Notes: a model not told the origin generated them from the letters alone. A DNA stretch of 64,000 bases from the human T2T-CHM13v2.0 reference genome, Homo sapiens (GCF_009914755.1 NC_060929.1), one strand, 5' to 3'. Counted from the stretch's first letter, positions 1 to 16,010 are shown. Made by a program: numbers and translations.

Positions 1-2270
1 AAGGACATACTACAACTGATACTGCAGAAATTCAAAGGATCACTAGTGACTACTATGAGCAACTATATGCCAGTAAATTGGAAAATTTAGAAAAAATGGA
101 CAAATTCCTAGATTCATACAACCTACCAAGATTGAACCAGAAAGAAATTCAAAACCTGAACAGACTGATAACAAGTAACAAGATTGAAATCATAATAATA
201 ACAATAATAAAAATCTCCCAGTAAAGAAAAGCCTGGGACCTGATGGCTTTGACTGAGTTCTACTAAACCGAATTCTACTAAATATTTAAATAAGAACAAA
301 TACCAATTAGTTCTTCTAATTCTACTATTTAAGGAAGAACTAATATCAATCCTACTCAAACTATTCCCAAAAATAAAGGAGGTTGGAAGACCTCCAAACT
401 CATTCTATGAGGCCAGTATTACCCTGATATCAAAACCAGTCAAAGACACATCAAAAAAAGAAAACTACAGGCCAATATCTCTGATGAATATTGATGCACA
501 AATCCTCAACAAAATACTAGGAAGCTGAATCCAACAACACATTAGAAAGATTATTCATCATGACCAAGTAGGATTTATCCCTGAGATGCAAGGATGATTC
601 AACATATACAAATCAATCAATGTGATATATCATATAAACAGAATGAAGGAGAAAAATCATATGATCATTTCATTGACACTGAAAAAGCATTTGATAAAAT
701 TCAACATCCCTTCATGATAAAAACTCTCAAAACCTGGGGATAGAAGGAACATACTTCAACATAATAAAAACAACAGACCCACGCTAATATACTGAATGGG
801 AAAAAACTGAAAGCTTTTCCTCTAAGATAAGGAACACAACAAGGGCGCCTGTTGTCACCACTGTTATTCAACATAGTGCTAGAAGTCTTAGCTAATCAGA
901 CTAGAGACATGCAAAGGAATGAAACTAGACCCCCAGCTCTCACCATATAAACAAATAGAGTCAAAATGGATTAAAGACTTAAATCTAAGACCTCAAATTA
1001 TGAAACTACTATAAGAAAACATTGGGGAAAATCTCCAGGACATTGGTATGGGCAAAAATTTCTTATTACCCCACAAGTACAGGCAACCAAAGCAAAAACG
1101 GACAAATAGGATCACATCAACTTAAAAAGTTTCTGCCCAGAAAAGGATGCAATCAACAAAGAGAAGAGACAACCCACAGAATGTGAGAAAATATTTGCAA
1201 ACTACTCAACTGACAAGTAATTAATAACCAGAATATATAAGAAGCTATAGGAAAAAAAATCAAATAATCTGATCAAAGATGGGCAAAAGATTTGAATAGA
1301 CATTTCTCAAAAGAAGATATACAAATGGCAAACAGGCCTAGAAAAAGGGGCTCAACATTATCAATCATCAGAGAAATGCAAATCAAAACTATGATGAGAT
1401 ATCATCTCACCCCAGTTAAAATGGCTTATATCCAAAAGACAGGCAATAACAAATGCTGGAAAGGATGTGGGGAAAAGGGGACCCTTGTATACTCTTGGTA
1501 GGATGTAAATTAGTACAACTACTATGGGGAACAATTTGGAGATGCCTCAACAAACTAAAAATTGAGCTACCATATAATCCAGCAACTCCACTGCTGGATA
1601 TATACCCAAAACAAAAGAAATCAGTATATCGACAAGATACGTGGACTCCTAGGTTTGCTGCAGCACTGTTTTCAATAGCTAAGATTTGGAAGCAACCTGA
1701 GTGTCCACCAACAGATGAATGGATAAAGAAAATGTGGTACACATATACAATGAAGTACTATTCACCCATAAAAAATAATGAGATTCAGTCATTTGCAACA
1801 ATATGAACAACATAGATGGAACTGGAGATCAGTACGTTAAGTGAAATAAGCCAAGCACAGAAAGACAAATATTGCATGTTCTCGCTTATTTGTGGGATCT
1901 AAAAATCAAAACAATTGAACTCATGGACATAGAGAGCAGGAGGATGTTTACCAGAGGCTGGAAAGGGTAGTAGGAAGGGGCGGGTAAGGTGAGGATCGTT
2001 AATGGGTACAAAAAAAATAGAAAAAATAAAAAAGATCTACTATTTGATAGCACAAATAGCAACTATTATTAATAATAACTGCACATTTTTAAATAACTTA
2101 AAGAGAGTAATTAGGTTGTTTGCAACTCAATGAATAAATGCTTGAGTGGATGGATACCCCATTCTCCTTGATGTGCTTATTTTACATTGCATGCTTGTAT
2201 CAAAACATTTCATGTACCCCATAAATATATATACCTACTATGTACCCACAAAAATGAATAAAAATAGATT
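1..2270 (+). mobile_element. Old LINE-1 (L1MA1-3-like) 3' portion: decayed ORF2 plus 3' UTR; continues upstream of the window; internal deletion near 905
   Basis: ORF2-like translations ([14 protein letters not shown]...[10 protein letters not shown]; KIELPYNPATPLLDIYP...WIKKMW). L1MA-type 3' UTR ends ...CCTACTATGTACCCACAAAAAT with an A-rich tail. Near 905 the sequence jumps from the [10 protein letters not shown] region to the KLDP.LSPY region, skipping the FADD motif. Confidence 0.92.
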
Positions 2271-2408
2271 TTTAAAAAAGACTTACTATGAAACTAAGAA
2301 AACTATCTCTTTAAAATATGGTAAGGATGAAAAATAAAACTTATTTTTTACACAAAAAATAAGTAAATAAAAGAGCATTTTGAGGAACATGGACTGTATT
2401 TACTATAT

Positions 2409-2973
2409 TGTGGTAGGCTGAAAAAAGATCCCCCAACACTTGTATCCCCAGAACCTGTGAGTATAATATCTTACATGGCAAAAAAGATTTTAAAAATTAA
2501 TTTAGTCTAAGGATATTTATATGGGAAATAATCCTGGATTATCTGAGTGTGCTCAGTTTAACCACAGAATAAAAATAGAAGAGGAAGGCAGATGGTAGGT
2601 CAGAATGATGCTATGTGAGAAGGATCTGCTGTTGCTGGCTTTGAAGTTAGAGGAAGGGGACCATGAGCCAAGAACGTGATGACCTCCACAAGCTGGGAAT
2701 ATCCCTCAACTTATACTTAGCAAGAATATGGATGGGGACCTCAGTCACAAACCTGTAAGGAACTGAATTCTTCCAATAACTCACATGAGCAGGAAACAGA
2801 TTCTCTCCTGAGAGACTCCAAAAAGGAGCAAAGCATGCACAGACCTTGACTTTAGTCTGGTAAGACTTGTACCAAACTTCTGACATTCAGAAGTATGGAA
2901 TAATAAATCTGAGTTGTTTTAAGCCACAACATTTGTGGGAATTTGCTATAGCAACAATAGAAAACTAACATAC
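2409..2973 (+). mobile_element. MaLR solo LTR (MLT1D-like)
   Basis: Starts TGTGGTAGGCTGAA; contains ATCCTGGATTAT and GTTGCTGGCTTTGAAG; ends TTGCTATAGCAACAATAGAAAACTAACATAC. Confidence 0.8.
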
Positions 2974-3070
2974 TAGAATGGAGATTTAATTTGTTAAATT
3001 CCTACAGGACAATAAAACTGTGACCTTGAAACTTATCTTTTCTGCCACACAGATACCTACATTATGCATT

Positions 3071-3409
3071 TGATATGTTTAGGTTTTGTGTCACCACCCA
3101 AATCTCATCTTGAATTGTAACCCACAGGTGTGGAGAGAGAGACCTGATGGGAAGTGGTTGGATCATGGGGGCAGTTTCCCTGTTGTCATGATAGTGAGTG
3201 AATTCTCACGAGATCTGATGGTTTTATAAATGGTAGTTTTTCCTGCACTCTCACATGATCTCTTTCACCTGCTTCCCCTTCTACCATGATTGTAAGTTTC
3301 CCAAGGCCTCCCAGCTACGTGGAACTGTGAGTCAATTAAACTTCTTTCCTTTGTAAATTACCCAGTCTTGGGTACTACGTTTACAGCAGTGTGAGAACAG
3401 ACTAATAAA
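3071..3409 (+). mobile_element. MaLR solo LTR (THE1/MSTA-like)
   Basis: Starts TGATATG...CACCCAAATCTCATCTTGAATTGTAA; contains GAACTGTGAGTCAATTAAAC; ends GTGAGAACAGACTAATA; near-TSD GCATT/ACATT. Confidence 0.88.
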
Positions 3410-4102
3410 ACATTTAACATCAGAGTATGACTTCATAGTTAATAGTGAATATCAAAATAAAAAACAGGTACATTATTCTAGATATTTAAATTATTGTTTA
3501 GTGAATCCATTAAACAATGTCCCAGTATGACATTGAAAGAACATTCTATTCACCTTTTTGCCTTCTTTCCAAGTTTAATTATTTTTTTTTTCTGCCAGGT
3601 GAGACTAGATGTCATTTCATTTTATAGACTATAAGTCCCATGATGGCAAACACCGTATCTTTTTCAACTGATATCTTACTTGAGTCTAACACATTGTCTG
3701 ACATATTGTGGGTGCTAAATAAATGTTGAATGGATAAACAAACCTTTGCAATCTCATGTCTGAATATTTCCTGCTGTGAAATTTATGATTCAACCTCACT
3801 GAATTCCTTCCATTCCTTAAATATCAATAAACCATGCTCTCTCTCACTGTGAGACTTTTGCACTTTCTTTTTCTCTGCCTGAAACCCACATCCCCATTTT
3901 GCCTGGCTAGTGAGCAATCAATGTTAGAGCTCAGCTCAGATGTCACTTCCTCTGGGAAGCAGTGTCTGGTCACTCTCCCCTTCCCATACATCATTCTCTT
4001 TGCTCTCACAGTCTGTGTACTTACCCCTCCATAGCACTTGACGCATTATATTTTTCTGTATGTTCTCTTCTTGATAGACTAATGCAGCAAACAATAATAG
4101 TG

Positions 4103-4347
4103 TTTTTGCTTGTTTGTTTTTAAGGCAGGGTCTCACTCTGTTGCCCAGGCTGGAGTTCAGTGTGCGCCATCGTGGCTCACCACAGCTTCAACCTCCCTGG
4201 GCTCAGGTGATCCTCCCATCTCAGCCTCCTGAGTAGCTGGGACCACAGACCTGCACCACCACACCCAGCTATTTATTTATTTTTTTGTATTTTTAGTAAA
4301 GACAGCATTTCACCATTTTTCTCAGGCTGGTCTTCAAACTGCTGAGC
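4103..4347 (-). mobile_element. Alu (AluJ-like), 5'-incomplete
   Basis: GGGTCTCACTCTGTTGCCCAGGCTGGAG...CTCAGCCTCCTGAGTAGCTGGGACCACAG with T-rich tail and central linker. Confidence 0.9.
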
Positions 4348-5050
4348 AACCATAATAGTTTAATCATCAACCCTAGAGTCACACTGCCTGGCTCTACAAT
4401 TGACTAGCTGTATTAATTTAGGTCATTTAATCCATGACTCCATTTTTCATATCTAAAGTAACAACAATATTAATGCAACTACTGCATAGGGCTGTTGCGA
4501 GGACTAAATGTTAAAGACTTAGGACAGAGCCTGGTATACTGCTAGCTCACAGGAAGCTTTTGCTGTTTTGTAAGTTTCCTGAACTCAGAACCACCATCTT
4601 ATTCACTCTTTTCCTTAGTTTCTGATACAGAACGCCTGCCATAGAGTGAGTGTTCAGTATCCTTTGGTGACTTGAAGAGATTTGTGATCCAGTAAAGAAC
4701 ATCCTTCTGTGGGACCATAATTGGATATAAAAAAGCAATGTCTTTATAGTGAGATAAGCTACCCAGAGAGGCTCAACTTCAAAGGCAAGAGGGATCCTCC
4801 AACTCACCCCCACCCCAAATATCTGGAAACCAAAGTACCAGTCCTGGTGCTCCCTGGAGGGGCCTGTTGACTCAAGCCTTCTGGGACATATACCTCATTA
4901 CATCACAGATGCAAGAAGCCTATTCCCCAAAAGACTGTGGATTCTCAGTAACAGCAGACCCTTTCCATCCCTACCTCCCTAAAACACATAAACGCATGTG
5001 CACACACATACACACCACTCCCTCCATCCCACCCCAAGCTTCCTGGATCA

Positions 5051-5340
5051 GGAAATTCTCCTGTGGTCTTTAGACGCATTATGCTGACCTGAGGAATCAG
5101 GCTTTATAATTCCAAGAGCTTGTTCAGGCCCAGGATGACTCGAAGGAGAATAAGAGTTGCCTTTTACTGAAGGAATGCAGTGCCATGTTTTCCCTCTTTG
5201 GTTATTGGGGTTCCTAGCTGAGTCATTACACCCTTTTTGGTGCACAGATTGAGAGCTTTCCTCAGCCTTTCCGCCCAGCAGGGTCCGGAAGCACCAGCCC
5301 ATCCAGGAACAGCACAGAGCTGGCTGATGACTTCATCAAA
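5051..5340. promoter_or_regulatory. Candidate stress/signal-responsive enhancer (motif cluster)
   Basis: Unique sequence with GCTGAGTCAT (AP-1/ARE, 5217-5226), CCGGAAG (ETS, 5285), TGATGACTTCATCA (CRE-like palindrome, 5325-5338), GGAATG (TEAD, 5172), TGCTGAC (MAF, 5082) and TGTGGT (RUNX, 5062). Motif evidence only. Confidence 0.4.
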
Positions 5341-5894
5341 TTCACACTCCTGCAGGCAACTGCCTACAGCCCCCACAGAGTGAAAAGAGAACATAAATTA
5401 TGTGAAAGGCACAGTCACTTTGCAGAAATTACCCTGAGCCAGCATGGAATTTGTGCATGGATAGAAACTGTGAGATTTGGTATGAATTTTTAAAGGCCCA
5501 GTCTTATCACATACTGGACCTGTGTGGGCTGCATTCAAAAGAGCTGTGCAGGAGCCTCACTGGTGATTGTCCACATCCTCCTAGTTTCCATCTGTTATTG
5601 AATAAGGTTTTACATTGTTTGCCAATGTATGCTTTTATTTTCCCTATCACTAAAGAGCAGAAAACACCAAACAAACATAAAAAAAAACTAGACAGTACAT
5701 GCCTGAATTATTATTATTATTTTGCCATTGAGAAAAGCGAGCCAGAAGAGGTTACACAAAATGTGAAAGGCTATATAGCACAATAGGCACAGAGACCAAA
5801 CTCTTGAGTTCCGGATTTCTAGGGACATTACAGCATATAATCCATACAACAATCTACCAGTTGGATGCTATTAACCCACTAGCAAGGAAGCACT

Positions 5895-8914
<3,020 letters not shown>

Positions 8915-10124
8915 CTATAAATAAGGGCATTCAAAATACATAGCAGTATTGGCAAAGGGAGTCCCAAATGCCATGCCCAGACTAATTGTTTTTCTCTCTT
9001 CTTTCTAGGACAGCAGTTGGTTGACATTTAAAGGGCTACTGTCCCAGAAGGCTGCTTGCCTGGGCCCATGGCACTGCCAGAAATCACAAGACTAAGCTGA
9101 AAAAGCACAAAGAAGTTTCCTTTCATTCCAGGAACCTCTTGGCTTGAATATGAAATAGCCTCTTAGTGACACTACACTGCAATTTCAAATAATAGGTTTT
9201 TTATCACCTCTTTGAGAAATATCACCTTGGGTTCATCCCAGAAAAATAATACAAAGTAGAATTTTTTCAAACGTAATCCCCTTGGGTTCCTCTCAGAAAA
9301 AAATAGAAAGTAGAATTCTTTCAAACTTAATCCCCTCTTTGTATTTGTCTCCTCTGCATCTCTCCAAAGTAGATGGGTAGGAGAGGGAAACAGTGCTGTA
9401 GAAAATGGGACAAGAACACACCCTAATAAAACAAGAAAACATGGTTTGCCAGAGGTCTCCTTTCCCAGGCTCAAGCCTCAAGTTTCTAATTGTCCCTACA
9501 TTACTCCCACAAATGCCTTTCTGGGAGAGTCTTGTATGCTAGACCTCTGCCATCTTCCCATCCTTTCTCCCTTCCTCCTAACCTTCACTCTTGAGAAAGA
9601 CTCATCCTGGCTTCTGTGTCCATAGAACCTTGAAGCAGCTTTCTGGTGAGGAGGTGAGCTACTTCCTGCAAAACTACTAGTAGCTGCTATTGATTAATGT
9701 ATTCTTCCAACCAGGTAATGTATTCCTGTTCCAACAGAAGTCTTCTTGAGACATATCTGAAAGTGACATAGTAACCAGAAGGAAGATTTTTGGAGGGTTC
9801 TTGAACTAGCTCTACATAGGAAACTGCCAACAATAACTTCCTGTGGCATTTGTTAAGTTGTGATTCTGCCCCTCACTGCTTGACTTAGTCCTCTTGACAA
9901 GGGCCAGGAGGAGAAAACAGGTCTCAAAGAACAGTGTACATCAAAGCCTGGCTTTCCAGCAATGCCTGACCCTGCCAAAGAAGGCAGGGAAGCCCCCACA
10001 GAGCCTCTTAGAAACCTCAACTCCCTCAGCCTCTTGTCCCAGAGCATCACTGGCAGGTATAGACCAAGCATATCCACATCCACACGTACGTCTTTTTTGC
10101 TTTTATTCATTTTAGTTTATAACA

Positions 10125-11925
10125 ACTATTTATTTAGGACGTGGTTCTGTGAGCTGTTAAATTGTTCTATTGTCAGATCATAGCTGTATACATTTGTGGG
10201 GTGTCAAAACGATGTTTTAACATATACATACAATCAGTGTGATTAAATCAAGCTAATTAACACATCCATCACCTTGCTTACCTATCTTTTTTATGGTGAG
10301 ACATTTGAAATTTACTCTCTTAGTTGTTTTGAAATATACAATGCAGTATTATTGACTATAGTCACCCTGGTATACAATATATCTCAAAATCTATCCCTAC
10401 TGTCTCTCTGAAACTTTGTACCCTTTGATTAACAACTCCCATTCCCCTTTCAATCTGAAACATTGTACCCTTTCATCAGCAACTCCTCATTCCCTCCCTC
10501 CCAGCCCACTCTTAGCCTCTTTCTACTCTCTATTTCTATGAGTTCAACTTTGTTAGATTTTTACATGTAAGTGAGATCATGCAGCATTTGTCTTTCTGTG
10601 CCTGGTTTATTTTACTTAGCATAATGTCCTTCAGATTCATCCGTGTTGATGCAAGTGACAGGATTTCTCCCTTTTTAAGGCTGAATAATTTTCTATTGTG
10701 TATGTTTCACATTTCCTTTATACACTCATCCATTGATGGATACCTAAGTTGTTTCATGTTTTAGCTATTGTGAATAATGCTGCAATAAACATGCAGAGTA
10801 CAGATATTCTGTTGACATATTGATTTCAGTTTCTTTATATATTCAGAAGTGCGATTACTAGGTCATACGGTAGTTCTATTTTTAATTTTTTGAGGAACCT
10901 CCATGTTAGTTTCCATAATTGATGTATAAATCACATTCTCACCAACAGGGTATGAGTTTTCTTTTTCTGCATCCACTCCAAGATTTGTTATCTTTCTTCT
11001 TCTTGATAAAAGCCACATTAACAGATGTGAGGTGATATCTCATTGTGGTTTTAACTTGAATTTCCCTAATGATTAGTGATGCTGGGCATTCTTTAATGTA
11101 CCTGTTGGCCATTTGCGTGTCTTCCTTTGAGAAACGTCTGCTCAAGTCCTTTGCCCATTATGTTAGATCATTCTTTTGTTGTGAGAAATTAATATCTGAG
11201 ATTGGGTAAGTTATAAAGAAAATAGGTTTAATTGGCTCACAGTTTGAAGGCTATACAGAAAGCATAGCCCCGGCATCTCCTCAGCTTCTGGAGTGGCCTC
11301 AGGGAGCTTTTACTCATGGCAGAAGGCTACTTGGGAGCAGGCACAAAGCATGGTGAAAGCAGGAGCAAGAGAGAGAGGGGAGGTGCCACACTTTACATCA
11401 ACCGGATCTTGTGAGAACTCACGGTTGTGATGACAGCACTAAGCACGAGTGATTTGCCCCCATGACCCAAACATCTCCCACCAGGCCTCACATCCACAAT
11501 TGGGGATTAGATTTCAACATGAGATTTGGGTGGGGACAAATATCCAAACTATAACACCCATTTTTAAATCAGGTTTTTGTTTCTTTGCTATTGAGTTGTT
11601 AGAGTTGCTTCTATGTTTTGGATATTAACTCCTTGTCAGATGTATGGTTTGCAAATAATTTCTCCCTTTCTATGAGTTGTCTCTTCACTTTGTTAGTAGT
11701 GTCCTTTGTTGTGCAGAGGCTTTTTAGTTTAATATAACCCCATTTGTCTATTTTTGCTTTTGTTTCCTGTGCTTTCAGGGTTACGTCCAAAAATATCATT
11801 GCTTAGACCACTGTTAGGGAGATTTTCCACTGTTTTCTTCTAGCATTTTTACAGTTTTGGGTCTTATTTTTAAGTCTTTAATCCATTTTGAGTTGATTTT
11901 TTAATTGTGTAAGATAAGGATTCAA
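10125..11925 (-). mobile_element. Old LINE-1 (L1MA-like) 3' end, interrupted by an MST LTR
   Basis: ORF2 C-terminal translations at 10939-11145 and 11611-11799; L1MA 3' UTR (TCAAGCTAATTAACACATCCATCACC). Confidence 0.9.
11159..11556 (-). mobile_element. MaLR solo LTR (MSTA/MSTB-like) nested in L1
   Basis: GGTTTAATTGGCTCACAG...TTTACTCATGGCAGAAGGC...TTTCAACATGAGATTTGGGTGGGGACAAATATCCAAACTATAACA; 5-bp TSD CCCAT at 11154-11158 and 11557-11561. Confidence 0.92.
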
Positions 11926-14900
11926 TTAAGCCCTGAATTCTCTAATTCTGAAAGGGTGGTGTGAAGTAACTTTATTCCTACTAGGAAGGTTGTAAGACAA
12001 ACTTATTTAAAATAACTGTGGATCCAATAAATTCTTACAAATATAAATACAAGAACAAATGTAAATTTCGACATTAAAAACAAAAGGTGGGAGAAAGGCA
12101 GTGAAAGTGTAGAGTTTTGTATGCAATTAAAAGCAATTATTGTCAGCTTAAAGTAATCCGTTTTAAGGATAACATGTTTTATGTAAGCCTGATGGTAACC
12201 ACAAAACAAAAACCTATAGTAGTTGCACAAAATATAAAATAAAAGCTTTCAAACTGTACCCCCACAGAAAATCATCAAACTACAAAGGAAAACAGTAAAA
12301 GATGAAGAAAGAAACAAGGGACCTACCAAACTGTCAATAATTACATTGAATGTAGATGAATTAAGTCGTCCAATAAAAAGAGTGGCTCAATAGATGAAAA
12401 AAAACAAGAAAAAACTTGCTTTACTGGTAAGGACCCACATAGGCTGAAAGTAAAGGAATGCAAAAAGATATTCCATGCAAATGGAAACTAAAAGGAGCAA
12501 GTGTAACTATGCTTATCTCAGACAAAATACACTTTAAGTCAAAAACTATAAAAAGAGACAAACATGATTACATAATAATAAAGAATATACAAATATATAT
12601 TTGTAACATTGCAAATATATATGCCCCCAATATTGGAGCACCTAAATTTGTAAAGCAATTATTAAATAATCTGAAGGGAGAGATAGAATGAGTTACTATT
12701 ATAGTATGGTGCCTCAATACCCCACTTTGGACAATGGGCATATTATCTAGACAGAAAATTAATAAACATTGGTCTTGAATTATACTTTAGACCAAATGGA
12801 CCTGACAGACATATACAGCACATTCCATCCAACAACAAAATACACACTCTTCTGAAGTACACAGGGAACATCTTCCAAGGTAGATCATATTTTAGGCCAC
12901 AAAACAAATCTCAACACATGTAAGAGGAATGAGGTCATATCACGTATCATTTCAGATCTCAATGGCATAAAACTATAAATCAATAACAGGAGAAATCTTG
13001 GAAAATACAGAAATATGTGGCACATATTTCTGTTACAGTTTCAGTACACAGATCTTTTACCTCCTTGATTAAATTTAGACCTAAGTATTTAATTTTTTTG
13101 GTTGCTATTGTAAGTGGGATTACTTACTTAATTTGCTATTCAGATAGCTTGTTATTAGTATAAGGAAATGTTCCTAATTTTTGTATGTTGATTTTGTAAC
13201 CTGAAACTTTACAGAATTTATCAGTTTTAACAGTTTTTTGGTGATGCATTTATGGTTTTCTATACATAAGATCATGTCATCAGCAAATAGACTTGCATTT
13301 CCCTAATGATTAGTGATGTGGAGCACACTAATAGGTCACAGAAGAAATAAAAAAGGAAATAAAAAATACCTTGAGACAAACACAAATGAAAACACAACAT
13401 ACCAAAACTTAGGAAAAGCAGCCCTAAGAGGAAAATTTATAGCAACAAATACCTATATATAAAAAAAATTCACAATCTACTGTTATAACTCAATAAATTG
13501 GTAAAAGAACAAACTAAGCCCAAAGTGAGCAGAAGAGAGGACATAGCAAAGATCAGAGTAGAAATAACTGAAATAGAGACTAGAAAAACAATAGAAACAT
13601 TGATAAAACTGAAAGTTAGTTTTTTGAAAAGGTTAAAAAAGAAAAGACAAACCCTTAGCTAGACCAACTAGGAAAAAAAGAATAACTGCTCAAATAAATA
13701 ACATCACAAATGAAAGAGGAGACATTACAACTGATACCACCAAAATACAATAGATAATAAGAAACTAATATGAACAAGTATATGCCAACAAATTGTAAAA
13801 CCAAGAACAAATGGATAAATTCCTAGATACATACAACCTACCAAGAATGAAGAATGAAGAAATAGAAAATCTGATTTGACCAGATTTTCTGGTCAAATCA
13901 TGAGTAAGGGATTGAATCAGTAGTTAAAAAAAAAAAAATCTCTCACCAAAGAAAAGCCCAGAATCAGACAGCTTCACTACTGATTCTTTCCAACACTTAA
14001 AGAAGAACTAATACAAATTCTTCACGAATCCTTCCCAAAAAATCATGGTAGAAAGAATACTTCTGAACTTGTTTTACAAGGCTAGCATTACCTTTTTACC
14101 AAGGCCAGACAAGGACACTACAAGAAAAGAAAATTACAAGCCAATATCCCTGGTGAACACAGATGTAAAATCCTCAATAAAATATCAGCAAACTAAATTA
14201 AAGAGCACATTGAAAGAATAATTTACCATGAACAAGTAGGATTTATCCCTGGGATGCAATGATGCTTCAATATATGCAAATCAATAAATGAAATATACCA
14301 CATTAATGAAATGAAGGATAAACGTTATATGATCATCTCAACAGATACATAAAAACTATTTGACAAAATTCAACGTTCCTTCATGATTAAGAAAAAACTC
14401 TCAACAGATTAGGTATACAGGGAATTATCTGAACAAAACAAAGCCCATACATGACAAACCCGTAGCTAACATCATTCTCGATGAAAATTTGAAAGCTGTT
14501 CATCTGCGATCAGGGACAAGACAAGGATGCCACTCTCACCACTTCTTTTCAACATAGTATTGGATGTTCTAGCCAGAGCAATTAAGCATGAGAAAGAAAC
14601 AAGAGACATTCTAATAGAAAGGGAAGAAGTAAAATTATCTCTATTTGCTGATGACATGATCTTATGTATGGAAAACATAAATGCTTCACTAAAAATCTGT
14701 TAAAACTGATAAATTCAGTAAAGTTTCAGATTACAAAATCAACATACAAAAATGAGGAACATTTCCTTATACTAATAACAAGCTATCTGAATATCAAATT
14801 AAGTAAGTAATCCCACTTACAATAGCAACCAAAAAAATTAATACTTAGGTCTAAATTTAATCAAGGAGGTAAAAGATCTGTGTACTGAACCTGTAAAACA

Positions 14901-15100
14901 CTGATGAAAGAAATTGAAGAGAACAGAAATAAATGGGAAGATATCGCATGTACATGAATTGGAAGAATTAATGTGAAAATGCCCATACTACCCAAAACAA
15001 TCTACAGATTCAATGTAATTCCTGTCAAAATTCCAATGTCATTTTTTAAGGAATGGCCAAAACAATCCTTAAATTCATGTGGAGCCACAGAAGACCCCAA
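11926..15100 (+). mobile_element. Old LINE-1 inter-ORF region plus decayed ORF2 (EN to RT), inverted relative to 10125-11925
   Basis: EN remnants (NIYAPNIGAPK in ORF 12458-12691); RT remnants (GTAGGATTTATCCCTGGGATGCA; CTATTTGCTGATGACATGAT = LFADDM at 14641). Confidence 0.9.
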
Positions 15101-16010
15101 CAAGTGTCTAATATCCAGAATCTATAAGGAACTTAAATAAATCAACAAGCAATAAACAAACAGCCTCATTTAAAGATGGGCAAATGACATGAGCAGACAC
15201 TTCTCAAAAGAGACATACACATGGCCAAAAAGTATATTAAAAAATGCTCAGTATCACTAATCATTAGGGAAATGCAAATCTAAACTACAATGAGATGCCA
15301 CCTCACACTAGTCAGAATAACTATTATTAATAAAATCAATAAACAGCACGTGCTGGCAAGGTTGTGGAGAAAAGGGAATGCTTATATACTACTGGTGGGA
15401 ATGTAAATTAGTTCAGTCATTAGTTTCAGTCATTAGTAAATTAATTCAGTGGAAAGCAGTCTAGAGATTTCTGAGAGAACTTAGAATTATAATTTGACAC
15501 AGCAATCCCATTAGTGGGTACATACCCAAAGGAATATAAGTCATTCTATCATAAAGAGACACACACACACATGTTCATCACAGCACTAGTCACAATACCG
15601 AAGACATGGAATCAATCTAAATGCCCATCAATAATGGATTGGATAAAGAAAATGTGGTGCATATACACCACAGAATACTATGCAGCCATAAAAATGAAAT
15701 CATGCTCTTGGCAGCAACATGGATGAAGCTGGAGGTGATTATCTTAAGTGAATTAATACGGGAACATAAAACCAAATACTACATGTTCTCACTTATAAGT
15801 GGGAGCTAAACATTGAGTATACGTGGACACAAAGAGGCCTACTTGAGGGTGGAGGGTAGGAGGGGGGTGAGGATTGAAAAACTACCAATTGGGTATTATG
15901 CTGATTACCTGAGTGACAAAATCATCTGTCTACAAAGCCCCCACTATACACAATTTACCCATGTAACAAACCTGCACATTCCTTGAACCTAAAATAAAAG
16001 TTGGAAAGAA
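15101..16010 (+). mobile_element. LINE-1 3' end (old L1PA/L1PB-like)
   Basis: ORF2 C-terminus (YPKEYKSFYHKETHTHMF; MFSLISGS*); 3' UTR ending CTTGAACCTAAAATAAAAGTT plus A-rich tail. Confidence 0.88.

Noticed and set aside
10406-10496. ~46-bp tandem duplication (TCTGAAAC.TTGTACCCTTT)
   Set aside because: Lies within an L1MA 3' UTR and the copies are diverged; may be a subfamily feature or ordinary slippage.
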